Assembly (NCBI GenBank): GCA_964467255.1 | Contig: CAYXPR010000009.1 | Coordinates: 15,139-79,138 of the forward strand | Source: an uncultured Rickettsiales bacterium | GTDB lineage: Bacteria; Pseudomonadota; Alphaproteobacteria; Rickettsiales; RGZB01 | Direction of reading: 5' to 3' | DNA length: 64,000 nucleotides | Shown: one piece after another, positions 52,132-61,113 of the stretch | Layout: every line of letters begins with the position of its first letter | Numbering within the stretch: position 1 is the first letter of the stretch | Notes under the pieces: generated by a model | What the model saw: only the letters and a program-made list of their open reading frames with translations | Databases searched by the model: none | Told to the model about the DNA's origin: nothing | Program-made: the position numbers and the translations under genes

Positions 52132-52526
52132 AACACACCCCCGATGATGCCGTTAAACGCCGTGCACTGTTAAACCCAGTGCCCGCGCCCGGCAGACCCT
52201 ATGATTATGTGGTGGAGTTACGCCAGCCGCTCTTTGCCCGCACGAAAAACCCTATCACGCTGGTGGTGCGCTATGTGCCGGAAAAATTCATTCTCGCACC
52301 AGAGCGCCTGAACGCGTACCTGAAACAGAGTGAAAAAATCCCTCACGATTCCATTGAGGTGCTGGCCGACCGGATGCTAAGCGACCTGCTCAACGAACTG
52401 ATTCCGTTCTGGATAGAGATTCTGCTGGAGCAGCAGGAAGGCGAAGTGCTGCACCGCGTGCTGCGGGAAGAACGCCAGCCGGATTGGGATAATCCCTCGC
52501 TTTTAGCGCGCCTAGCGCCGCTGTAA
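52128..52526 (+). CDS. QueF-like T-fold protein lacking the catalytic cysteine
   Basis: The ATG overlaps the upstream stop (ATGA). 'ITLVVRYVPEKFILAPERLNAYL' and 'IEVLADRMLSDLLNELIPFWIEI' align by eye with B. subtilis QueF '[23 protein letters not shown]' and '[23 protein letters not shown]'. The protein has no Cys and lacks the E-S-K-S motif. Confidence 0.4.
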   Translation: MKHTPDDAVKRRALLNPVPAPGRPYDYVVELRQPLFARTKNPITLVVRYVPEKFILAPERLNAYLKQSEKIPHDSIEVLADRMLSDLLNELIPFWIEILLEQQEGEVLHRVLREERQPDWDNPSLLARLAPL

Positions 52527-52763
52527 AGCGTACAACCATCTTGTTAAGTACCCATGAAAAACAGGGAATTTTTCATTTCTCTGCCTAAAAATTATGCACA
52601 ACGGCAAACCTTCCCCTGTCAAACCCGCAGAAATGCGTGAAAGGCAAAGCGAGACAATAAAAATATTTCATTAAAAAACAAAGAGATAGATATATCTGCC
52701 CCATTTTGTGGCAAACCGTAGAAACCCGCGACGTTTTCGGCAAAATCTCCGAGGGGGACGGAG

Positions 52764-52798
52764 TTATCCACAGGCTTATCCCCGCTTTTCGTGGATAA
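52764..52798. promoter_or_regulatory. cluster of three DnaA-box-like 9-mers
   Basis: TTATCCACA (52764-52772, perfect consensus), TTATCCCCG (52776-52784, 2 mismatches) and inverted CGTGGATAA (52790-52798, equal to TTATCCACG, 1 mismatch). Further 1-mismatch boxes are TTATGCACA (52592-52600) and TTATCCGCA (52962-52970). An AT-rich tract lies at about 52655-52700. Confidence 0.4.
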
Positions 52799-52918
52799 CA
52801 GTTGGTGGCGCGCCTGAAATAAGGTAAAAATAGCGGGATTCCAAGGGGATGAACTAATCTCCCTTTGGAAGCAGGTGATAAAAAAGCAACAAACTGTTCC
52901 GAATAAAAAACACTATAG

Positions 52919-54775
52919 GTGAAAGCGATGGACAGTGCAGGGCATATGAGCGGTGCCGACATTATCCGCAAAAAAGTAGAGACACTGCCGGATGCGCCCG
53001 GCGTATATCGCATGCTGGGTGAAAAAGGCGAAGTGCTGTATGTGGGCAAAGCCGCCAATTTAAAAAAACGCGTGGCGAACTACACGCAACTGATGCGCCT
53101 AACCACCCGCCTGCAGCGCATGGTGACGCTGACGAAGGATATGGAATTTATCCTGACCCGCAGCGAGGCCGAAGCGCTTCTGCTGGAAGCCAATCTGATT
53201 AAGCAATATCAGCCGCGCTACAATATTTTGCTGAAGGACGATAAATCCTTCCCCTACATTATGCTGGATGAAACGCACGCATTTCCGCGCATCGCCAAAC
53301 ATCGCGGCGAGCGCAAAAAAGGTGCGACTTATTTTGGCCCGTATGCGAATGCGGGGGATGTAAACCGCGCCATGGCGGCGATTCAAAAAATGTTTTTACT
53401 GCGCCCATGCGCGGACACGGTTTTTTCAGCCCGCACCCGCCCATGCATGGAATATCAGATTAAGCGGTGCAGCGCGCCATGCGTGAAGCGCATCGGTGAA
53501 AAAGATTATGCCGCGTTGGTGCAGCAGGCGAAAGATTTTCTCTCAGGAAAAAATCAGGGCCTCAAAGAAAAGCTCCAGCAGGAAATGGAAACAGCGAGCG
53601 CCAAAATGCAATATGAAAAAGCCGCCAGCTTGCGCGACCGCATCGGCGCGCTGCAGCACGTGCAGGCCAACCAATATGTGAATGCGGCGACCGTGAGCGA
53701 TGCCGATGTGATTGGCCTTGCGGCAGATGCTCCACGCGTGTGCGTGCAGGTGCTGTTTATCCGCGGCGGGCAGACGATGGGCAGCCGCGCATTTTTCCCC
53801 ACGCGCACCGACGACATGACACCGCCTGAAATTATGGAAGCGTTCCTCGGGCGGTTTTATCAGCTGAGTCCGCCGCCGCCACTCGTGCTGCTATCGCACC
53901 GCCCCGAAAATAGCGAAGTGATGGAGGCGGCATTACGCCTGTTGGCAGAACGCAAGGTAACGCTCGAAGTGCCGCAGCGCAGCGAGCGCGCACAGCTGGT
54001 GGCGGGCGCCGTAGCTAATGCCGAAGAAGCCGCCCGCCGCAAAATTCAGGAAGACAGTAAGGAAAAAGAACTACTCGAAGGCGTGGCGAATCTGTTTGAA
54101 CTGGAGGCGCCGCCGCAGCGCATCGAGGTGTATGACAACAGCCATATTTCCGGCAAGCATGCGGTGGGCGGCATGATTGTAGCGACACCGGAAGGATTTA
54201 ACAAACAGGCTTACCGCCGCTTCACGGTGGAGTCGACCTCGCTGGCGGGCGGGGATGATTACGGCATGCTGCGCGAGGTGCTGCAGCGCCGCTTCTCACG
54301 CCTGAAACGCGAAGACCCCGACCGCACCAGCGCATGGCCGGACTTGGTGCTGATTGATGGCGGCGCGGGGCATTTGAAAGTGGCCACCGAAGTGCTGACG
54401 GAACTCGGTGTGAATGATGTGCCCTATGCCTGCATCGCCAAGGGCGTAGACCGCAATGCGGGGCGTGAAGTGTTCCATGTGGCAGGAAAAGAACCATTCC
54501 AATTGCCGGTGCATGATGCCACGCTGTATTACCTGCAGCGCCTGCGCGACGAAGCACACCGTTATGCGATTTTCTCGCACCGTGCGAAACGCTCGCGCGC
54601 CATCCGCAGCAGCGAACTGGATACGCTCACGGGCGTGGGTGCCACGCGCAAAAAAGCGCTGCTCACGCATTTTGGCTCAGTGCAGGCTTTGCGAAATGCC
54701 AGCGTGGAAGAGATTGGGCGCGTGCCCGGCATCAGTGTGAAACTCGCCGAATCCATTCACCAACAACTGCGCTAA
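52919..54775 (+). CDS. uvrC: excinuclease ABC subunit C
   Basis: GIY-YIG 'PGVYRMLGEKGEVLYVGKAANLKKRV', a UVR domain 'YEKAASLRDRIGAL', and C-terminal HhH 'LTGVGATRKKALLTHFGS'. The start may be ATG 52928 or 52946. Confidence 0.95.
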   Translation: MKAMDSAGHMSGADIIRKKVETLPDAPGVYRMLGEKGEVLYVGKAANLKKRVANYTQLMRLTTRLQRMVTLTKDMEFILTRSEAEALLLEANLIKQYQPRYNILLKDDKSFPYIMLDETHAFPRIAKHRGERKKGATYFGPYANAGDVNRAMAAIQKMFLLRPCADTVFSARTRPCMEYQIKRCSAPCVKRIGEKDYAALVQQAKDFLSGKNQGLKEKLQQEMETASAKMQYEKAASLRDRIGALQHVQANQYVNAATVSDADVIGLAADAPRVCVQVLFIRGGQTMGSRAFFPTRTDDMTPPEIMEAFLGRFYQLSPPPPLVLLSHRPENSEVMEAALRLLAERKVTLEVPQRSERAQLVAGAVANAEEAARRKIQEDSKEKELLEGVANLFELEAPPQRIEVYDNSHISGKHAVGGMIVATPEGFNKQAYRRFTVESTSLAGGDDYGMLREVLQRRFSRLKREDPDRTSAWPDLVLIDGGAGHLKVATEVLTELGVNDVPYACIAKGVDRNAGREVFHVAGKEPFQLPVHDATLYYLQRLRDEAHRYAIFSHRAKRSRAIRSSELDTLTGVGATRKKALLTHFGSVQALRNASVEEIGRVPGISVKLAESIHQQLR

Positions 54776-54861
54776 AGCGGCGTACCGCCTTAAACGGCGC
54801 TTGACGATGCGCCACTTTCACGACATTTTAGAAAGCAATCACCAAACCCAGCGCCGCCCGT

Positions 54862-55404
54862 ATGATATATTCACTGCCGAACATTTTGACCTATGTACGT
54901 ATCGCGCTGATTCCGGTGGTGGTGGCGGCATTTTATATGGATGGCCGCACGAGCCATCTCGTCGCTTCCGGCCTTTTTTTAGTGGCAAGTATTACCGATT
55001 ATTTAGATGGCTGGCTCGCCCGCTTGTGGCAGCAGGAATCGTCCCTCGGGCGCTTTTTGGACCCGATTGCGGACAAACTGCTCGTCGCCGCGGCGTTGAT
55101 GATGCTGGTGGATTTTGAACGCGCGGACGTGATTCCCGCTACTTTGATTTTGTGCCGCGAAATTATGGTCTCTGGCCTGCGTGAATTCTTGGCAGAAATT
55201 AAGGTGAGCGTGCCGGTGAGCCGCCTTGCCAAAGTGAAAACTGGCGTGCAGATGACGGCTATATTCTTGTTGCTGTTGGGTGCGAAAGGTAGCGGGTTTG
55301 TGATTGTAGAAACGCTGGGCAGCATCGCGCTGTGGATTGCCGCCGTGCTGACGGTGGCCACGGGCTATGCGTATTTAAAGGCCGGCGTCGCCCACATGAA
55401 ATAG
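54862..55404 (+). CDS. pgsA: CDP-diacylglycerol--glycerol-3-phosphate 3-phosphatidyltransferase
   Basis: CDP-alcohol phosphatidyltransferase motif 'DYLDGWLARLWQQESSLGRFLDPIADK'. 180 aa, follows uvrC as in many proteobacteria. Confidence 0.9.
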   Translation: MIYSLPNILTYVRIALIPVVVAAFYMDGRTSHLVASGLFLVASITDYLDGWLARLWQQESSLGRFLDPIADKLLVAAALMMLVDFERADVIPATLILCREIMVSGLREFLAEIKVSVPVSRLAKVKTGVQMTAIFLLLLGAKGSGFVIVETLGSIALWIAAVLTVATGYAYLKAGVAHMK

Positions 55405-55407
55405 CGC

Positions 55408-56424
55408 TTAGCGCTTCCAGATATCCTCGGCACCGCTTCCGAGCCCGCCCCGCAGGTCGGTGCGCGGCGTATGTTTTTTAGGTTCACGCGCCGGTTTTTC
55501 TTCTTTTGCCAAGGCCAGCGGCGGACTTCCCTTATGGTGCCACGGCGGCTGTGTACTAAGTTCTTTCGCGACCTCTGGTGTGACGAACACCTCGCGCTTG
55601 GGGAGCCACTCTGCAATCATTGCATCGAGCGATTCGATGCCGCTGTTTTCCACAGGGCGCGTGTAGGCGGTCATGACGGCACGTTCACGGCGCATTTTGA
55701 CGCGGTCAATCTGGTCATTCAGCTGGCTTGTATAATCCCTGAAATTTTCTAAGACGGCACCCGGCGTGGTTGTTTCTTTAAAGCCAATATGTGGCAAAAC
55801 ATCATTGCGGTGCAGCGCCTGAAACAGGCACATGAGATTGCCAGCGGCAAGCTTCGCACCACTGGCATCAAAACCAAACATTGCTTCGCGGGAATCGCGG
55901 TCTTCGGTGATCAGCACGCTGCCACCCTGCCCGGCATTTTGCTGCGCCGCTTTTCGGGTGAGCCCGTCGACATCTTTACTTTTGCGGAGCGCATCAAATT
56001 CAACAAAGCTGCGCGTGCGGTGCCCTCTGTCACTCAGCTCCTCCAGTTTTGAAAGTAACGCGACGCCTTCTTCGCTCTGCATCACGCGCACATTCGGCAA
56101 GCCCCCCGCAAGGGCGATGGCACCTAAATTGCGGGCGATTTGCCCTTGGTGGTAAATCACCGAGCGTTTTTCATCTAAGAACATGCGGTCAACCACATTA
56201 CCGGTTAGCGGGTTATGACCACTGGTTTCATAAATGACACTGGCGGGTAGGCCAATTTGTAAAAACCCCTGACGTGCTGCATCCACGATAGGGTCGATAT
56301 AGAGTTTTTTGGTGTTGCCATCTGCCAGCAGCGCAGGGCGCACCGGTGTGAACAAATGTTTGAGCGCGCAGCTGTCGATAACGGCCAGCGGGGCGTCTTG
56401 AAATAATGTCGGCGAAATAGCCAT
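55408..56424 (-). CDS. hypothetical soluble protein (orphan), with a possible PIN-like N-terminal domain
   Basis: 338 aa. GAGGAG Shine-Dalgarno. 'LAVIDSCAL' and 'VLITEDRD' are reminiscent of PIN-domain acidic motifs (weak). Basic/Pro-rich C-terminus. A TTAA-N7-TTAAC motif lies 35 nt upstream. Confidence 0.55.
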   Translation of the reverse strand: MAISPTLFQDAPLAVIDSCALKHLFTPVRPALLADGNTKKLYIDPIVDAARQGFLQIGLPASVIYETSGHNPLTGNVVDRMFLDEKRSVIYHQGQIARNLGAIALAGGLPNVRVMQSEEGVALLSKLEELSDRGHRTRSFVEFDALRKSKDVDGLTRKAAQQNAGQGGSVLITEDRDSREAMFGFDASGAKLAAGNLMCLFQALHRNDVLPHIGFKETTTPGAVLENFRDYTSQLNDQIDRVKMRRERAVMTAYTRPVENSGIESLDAMIAEWLPKREVFVTPEVAKELSTQPPWHHKGSPPLALAKEEKPAREPKKHTPRTDLRGGLGSGAEDIWKR

Positions 56425-56459
56425 AAACTCCTCTAGCCTATCAGTATAGGCGATAGAAG

Positions 56460-56475
56460 GTTAACAAAGCCTTAA
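56460..56475 (-). promoter_or_regulatory. TTAA-N7-TTAAC motif (CtrA-box type) upstream of the 338-aa orphan
   Basis: The minus-strand reading is TTAA GGCTTTG TTAAC. It lies in the 67-nt gap between the ilvE stop (56492) and ATG 56424. Confidence 0.45.
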
Positions 56476-56491
56476 GCTTTGAAAAATAGGA

Positions 56492-57397
56492 CTAATATTT
56501 AATTTTTTTGCCGCGGGCGAGGTTTTCGTAGTCTTCCATCAGCTGGAGCGTGACAGGGCCCACGGTGAAGTTATAGTTCGCCACCGACGCCACAGGCGTG
56601 ACTTCCGCCGCCGTGCCCGTCATGAAGGCTTCCTGCGCATCCGCCAGCTCTTCGGGGCGAATCCGGCGCTCGACCACCTTCAGGCCACGCTTCTTGGCTA
56701 AATCCATCACCGTGCGGCGGGTAATGCCGTCAAGGAAGCAGTCCGGAATCGCGGTGTGGACTTCCTTGTTGATGACGAGGAAGAAGTTCGAGCTGGTGGT
56801 TTCTGCCACGTAGCCGCGCCAGTCGAGCATCAGCGCTTCGGCATAGCCTTGCTTGTAGGCTTCGTTCTTGCTTAAGGTGCCAATCATGTAAAGACCTGCG
56901 GCCTTGCTGGCGGTGGGGGCCGTTTCAGGGTGCGGACGCTTCCATTTTGCCCAAGAAAGCCGTGCGCCTTTGCGCTTGGCTTCGTCGGTGTAATAGGCGG
57001 GCCATTCCCACGCGGCAATTGCCACATGTGTGGAAGACAGGGTGGTTAGAATCGCCATCTGCTCAGACCCGCGCCAGGCAACAGGGCGAACATAGCCATT
57101 CGTGATGTTCTGTTTTTGAATCACTTCGTCGGTGGCGCGGTTTAAATCATCCACGCTGTAAGGTACGTGGAAGCCGAGTATTTCTGCCGAGCGGCGGAGC
57201 CGTTCGTTATGCTCTGTTAGTTTAAAGGCCTTGCCTTCATAGACGCGGATGCCCTCAAACACGCAAGAGCCGTAATGCAGCCCGTGGTTCAGCACGTGCA
57301 CCTTGGCATCTTTCCACGGCACCAAACGGCCATCTTGCCAGATATAGCCATCGCGTTGGTCAAAGGGAATCGGCTTCGGTTGCATAAGTTTAGTCAT
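56492..57397 (-). CDS. ilvE: branched-chain amino acid aminotransferase (class IV)
   Basis: 'CVFEGIRVY', 'GYVRPVAWRG' and 'EAFMTGTAAEVTPV' blocks. 301 aa. Confidence 0.9.
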   Translation of the reverse strand: MTKLMQPKPIPFDQRDGYIWQDGRLVPWKDAKVHVLNHGLHYGSCVFEGIRVYEGKAFKLTEHNERLRRSAEILGFHVPYSVDDLNRATDEVIQKQNITNGYVRPVAWRGSEQMAILTTLSSTHVAIAAWEWPAYYTDEAKRKGARLSWAKWKRPHPETAPTASKAAGLYMIGTLSKNEAYKQGYAEALMLDWRGYVAETTSSNFFLVINKEVHTAIPDCFLDGITRRTVMDLAKKRGLKVVERRIRPEELADAQEAFMTGTAAEVTPVASVANYNFTVGPVTLQLMEDYENLARGKKIKY

Positions 57398-57468
57398 CCT
57401 GCTGGTTTGCGCTTTGAGATTAGGTAGCTATAATTACCCCAATAGCCCTGAAATCCTCAAGCTAAAAA

Positions 57469-58164
57469 GTGATCATGAGCCCAGAGAATGCCACCAAAGG
57501 CACAATTTTAGTGATTGATGACGATCGCCGCCTGCGCGACCTGCTGCAGCAGTTCTTAAGCGCGGAGGGGTATGAAGTGGCGGTGGCTGAAGGCGCAGGC
57601 GAGGCACGGCGCGCCCTGCAGCACCAAAACTTCGACCTTTTGGTGGTAGACGTGATGATGCCCGGTGAAACCGGCGTGGAGTTTACCAAGACCTTGCGTG
57701 GTGAAAGTCAGGTGCCCGTGCTGATGCTGACCGCCATGGGCGAGGTGGAAGACCGCATTCGTGGCTTGGAAAATGGGGCCGATGATTATTTAAACAAACC
57801 ATTTGAGCCGAAAGAGCTTCTCTTACGGATTGAAAATATTCTGCGCCGCGTGCGCGGCAGGCCGCAGGGCCCCGTGCGGTTTGGTGATTTTACCTTCCAC
57901 CGAGAGAACGGTACGCTCTATCGCGGGGCGCGCTTTATTCAGCTGACCTCGGCAGAACTCAAACTGCTCAAAATTTTTACCGACCGCCTGAACGAATCTG
58001 TTTCACGCGAGCAGCTTTCAAAATTGCTGAACGGTATTTCCGAGCGCTCGATTGACGTGCAGATTGTACGCCTGAGGCGGAAAATCGAAGACGACCCAAA
58101 AAATCCCGTATACTTACAGACCTCATGGGGCAGCGGGTATGTGCTGCGCGACCATCCGGAGTAG
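57469..58164 (+). CDS. OmpR/PhoB-family response regulator
   Basis: Receiver domain 'ILVIDDD', 'DLLVVDVMMPG', 'LTAMG' and 'KPFEPKELLLRI'. Winged-helix 'VDVQIVRLRRKIE...WGSGYVL'. The start is GTG 57469 or ATG 57475. Confidence 0.9.
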   Translation: MIMSPENATKGTILVIDDDRRLRDLLQQFLSAEGYEVAVAEGAGEARRALQHQNFDLLVVDVMMPGETGVEFTKTLRGESQVPVLMLTAMGEVEDRIRGLENGADDYLNKPFEPKELLLRIENILRRVRGRPQGPVRFGDFTFHRENGTLYRGARFIQLTSAELKLLKIFTDRLNESVSREQLSKLLNGISERSIDVQIVRLRRKIEDDPKNPVYLQTSWGSGYVLRDHPE

Positions 58165-58167
58165 GCG

Positions 58168-58809
58168 ATGAGAAAAAAAGACGAAAAAGATTGTTTTGGT
58201 GCAGAGGGTCCGCCACCCAATGTGCGTGCCGCAGTGAAAGCGTTTTTGGAAACACCTGTGCCAGCGGAAGAGGCGGTGCTGATTAATCGGGGCTATGGGT
58301 ATATCGTGTACGAACCCAAAACACTCAATTACGGGCACGTGATGGATATCATGGCGGACTTGTTGCAGCTGACGGCAACGTCCGCCAAACACATGGAAGA
58401 GCAGCTCGAGCAAATGATGGCAGAGCGTCAGCCGACTCCGCTCAAAGATGTGGGCGATGAATTTGAAAAAATGAGCGAAACGATTTTACAGGCGCGCGCT
58501 TTTGCCGCGCTGAATGAAAGTTTGCATCAGCTGGGCGCGGACGGAAAAATTCCGTTCAGCGACATGGAGCAGCATAAAATTATTTTACGCGAATCACCGA
58601 CCAGTTTTGAAGGTGCGATTGCGCTCGCGCGTCAGGAAAGAGAAGTGCTGAACCACCAGCAGGAGCATTATCCCCAAGCGCATATTGCCGATGGGCTGCC
58701 CGAGGTAGAAGCGCTCATCAAGGTGCTTGAAAAGCAGATGCTGCCGCAGATTGTGGCGCTGAAAAACACCGCACGCGGACGTGGCCTCGTGGACGACGAT
58801 AAAGAATAA
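58168..58809 (+). CDS. hypothetical soluble protein coupled to the response regulator
   Basis: 213 aa. The ATG is 3 nt after the regulator stop and preceded by GGAG. No TM segment and no H-box/N/G1/G2 kinase motifs. Confidence 0.55.
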   Translation: MRKKDEKDCFGAEGPPPNVRAAVKAFLETPVPAEEAVLINRGYGYIVYEPKTLNYGHVMDIMADLLQLTATSAKHMEEQLEQMMAERQPTPLKDVGDEFEKMSETILQARAFAALNESLHQLGADGKIPFSDMEQHKIILRESPTSFEGAIALARQEREVLNHQQEHYPQAHIADGLPEVEALIKVLEKQMLPQIVALKNTARGRGLVDDDKE

Positions 58810-58818
58810 TGACCGAGT

Positions 58819-61017
58819 TTATTTCGCGTCTAAAAATGCGGGCAACGGTGCTTCGTTCAACGCTTTGAGCTCTGACACTTTCACACTCGCATTACCGATG
58901 ATGATGCTGTCGCCACCGGTTTTACCGATGACGGTGGCAAACACACCTTCTTCCGGTGCGCGGGTGAGAATATGCTCAGCCATTTCTGGTGTGGCGGTGA
59001 CGATGTAGCGCCCTTGATCTTCCCCGAACGCACGTGCGATGTCGGTGGCGATGTCGAGCTCGGCACCGATGCCGCCTGCCATTGCCATTTCCGCAATCGC
59101 AACGAGCTGGCCGCCGTCAGATACGTCATGGCATGCGGTGACAAGGCGTTTTTGAATCGTCATGCGCACGAAGTCGCCATTCTTCAGTTCCAGACCCAAA
59201 TTCACCGGTGGTGGCGAGCCTTCTTCTTTGCCCATGATTTCACGCAGGTAAAGCGAGGAGCCGAGATGACCCTTCATGTCGCCGATACGGATGATGACGT
59301 CACCTTCCTGCTTGAACGCGACGGACGCATGTTTGGTGTAGTCTTTTAAAATGCCGACGCCGCCGATGGAAGGCGTGGGCAGAATGGCATTGCCCGTGGT
59401 TTCGTTATAGAGCGACACGTTGCCGGACACGACCGGATAGTTGAGTGCTTCGCAAGCTTTCGTCATGCCCTCTAAACAGCCGACAAGCTGACCCATGATG
59501 TCAGGCTTTTCGGGGTTGCCGAAATTGAGGCAGTTGGTGATGGCGAGTGGCGTGCCACCCACGGCGGTGATGTTGCGCCATGTTTCGGCCACGGCCTGCT
59601 TACCGCCTTCAATCGGGTCGGCATAGCAATAACGCGGCGTGCAATCGGCCGTCATCGCGAGCGCTTTGCCGGTGCCATGAATGCGTACCACGGCCGCATC
59701 GCCACCTGGAATTTGCAGCGTGTCATTCATCACGCGGTGATCGTACTGTTCCCAAATCCAGCGCTTCGATGCAAGATCAGGGCAGACGAGCAGTTTTTTG
59801 AGCGAGTCCACCAGATGCTGTTCGGTGCATTCGGTGTTGGCGAGCTTTATTTCCTCGCGGCGCGGCGTGGGTTTCCACGGGCGGTCGTAACTCGGCGCTT
59901 CCTCGGACAGCGGCGCAACGGGTAAATCAATCACCACCTTGCCTTCTTTTTTCGCAATCATGCGGCCCGTGGCAGTGACTTTACCCACGACCGCAAAAGC
60001 GAGTTCCCATTTTTCAAAAATTTTGCGCGCGAGTTCTTCTTTTTCCGGTTTCAAAATCACCAGCATGCGCTCCTGCGATTCAGAGAGCATGATTTCATAC
60101 GGCGTCATGCCTTCTTCACGCACGGGCACTTTATCTAAATCAAGCTCGAGGCCCGTGCCGCCTTTGCCCGCCATTTCAAACGTGGAGGAGGTAAGGCCCG
60201 CCGCGCCCATATCCTGAATGGAAAGAATCGCGTCTTCCTGCATCAATTCAAGGCATGCTTCAATCAGCAACTTTTCGGTGAAGGGATCGCCCACCTGTAC
60301 GGTCGGGCGCTTTTCTTCTGACTTTTCGTCAAACTCCGCACTTGCCATCGTTGCGCCGTGAATACCATCGCGCCCCGTTTTAGAACCGACATACACCACC
60401 GAGCTACCCACTTTGGAAGCAGCGGAGTAGAAAATTTTATCTTTGTTTGCCAGCCCCACTGTCATCGCGTTGACGAGGATGTTGCCGTTGTAAGACGGGT
60501 GGAAGGTGCATTCGCCGCCCACGGTGGGCACACCCACGCAATTGCCATACCCGCCGATGCCGGCAACGACGCCCCGCACGAGATGTTTGGTTTTCGGATG
60601 CGACATGGCACCAAAACGCAGCGCGTTTAAATTCGCAATCGGGCGAGCGCCCATGGTGAATACGTCACGCAAAATACCGCCCACGCCGGTGGCCGCGCCT
60701 TGATACGGCTCGATGTAAGACGGGTGGTTGTGGCTTTCCATTTTGAAAATGGCGGCCTGACCATCGCCAATATCAATCACGCCCGCATTCTCACCCGGGC
60801 CGCAAATGACCCATTCGGCCTTGGTGGGCAATTTCCGCAAATGGCGGCGCGTGGATTTATAGGAGCAATGCTCGCTCCACATGACAGAGAAAATACCGAG
60901 CTCGGTGATGTTCGGCTCGCGCCCTAAAATCGCGAGTACGCGATCATACTCCTCGGGGCTGAGGCCGTGCTCTTTGACGATTTCGGGAGTGATTTTCTGC
61001 TTCTCAGGAGATGCCAT
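58819..61017 (-). CDS. purL: phosphoribosylformylglycinamidine synthase subunit PurL
   Basis: 732 aa. '[13 protein letters not shown]', '[21 protein letters not shown]' and '[11 protein letters not shown]'-type blocks ('[16 protein letters not shown]'). Confidence 0.95.
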   Translation of the reverse strand: MASPEKQKITPEIVKEHGLSPEEYDRVLAILGREPNITELGIFSVMWSEHCSYKSTRRHLRKLPTKAEWVICGPGENAGVIDIGDGQAAIFKMESHNHPSYIEPYQGAATGVGGILRDVFTMGARPIANLNALRFGAMSHPKTKHLVRGVVAGIGGYGNCVGVPTVGGECTFHPSYNGNILVNAMTVGLANKDKIFYSAASKVGSSVVYVGSKTGRDGIHGATMASAEFDEKSEEKRPTVQVGDPFTEKLLIEACLELMQEDAILSIQDMGAAGLTSSTFEMAGKGGTGLELDLDKVPVREEGMTPYEIMLSESQERMLVILKPEKEELARKIFEKWELAFAVVGKVTATGRMIAKKEGKVVIDLPVAPLSEEAPSYDRPWKPTPRREEIKLANTECTEQHLVDSLKKLLVCPDLASKRWIWEQYDHRVMNDTLQIPGGDAAVVRIHGTGKALAMTADCTPRYCYADPIEGGKQAVAETWRNITAVGGTPLAITNCLNFGNPEKPDIMGQLVGCLEGMTKACEALNYPVVSGNVSLYNETTGNAILPTPSIGGVGILKDYTKHASVAFKQEGDVIIRIGDMKGHLGSSLYLREIMGKEEGSPPPVNLGLELKNGDFVRMTIQKRLVTACHDVSDGGQLVAIAEMAMAGGIGAELDIATDIARAFGEDQGRYIVTATPEMAEHILTRAPEEGVFATVIGKTGGDSIIIGNASVKVSELKALNEAPLPAFLDAK

Positions 61018-61113
61018 GCTGTATCAGTCCTAGTGCCGCTTTGGTTACGTTACCCTCTTCTTATAGAAGCGCTTATCTAGCAAGAAATTTGGGGAAATGC
61101 AGCAAAAATAGCG

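Noticed and set aside
52527-52918. Interpreting the DnaA-box cluster plus AT-rich tract as the chromosomal origin (oriC).
   Set aside because: This is not supported well enough. There is no dnaA, dnaN, hemE or parAB nearby and no TTAA-N7-TTAA sites of the Caulobacter-type origin in this gap. Gene orientation shows no clean strand switch here, and only one box is a perfect consensus. It is kept as a lower-probability alternative within the finding.
52585-53058. 157-aa minus-strand ORF spanning the uvrC upstream region.
   Set aside because: It overlaps the uvrC 5' end, has no RBS, and its translation is low in complexity and hydrophobic without any pattern. The region is better explained as regulatory DNA carrying DnaA boxes.
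57469-58164. The possibility that the response regulator in this window is CtrA itself.
   Set aside because: The receiver and effector sequences resemble generic OmpR/CenR-like regulators. They do not resemble the CtrA sequence as I remember it, which has a different N-terminus and recognition helix. There is also no CtrA-box motif in its own upstream region.
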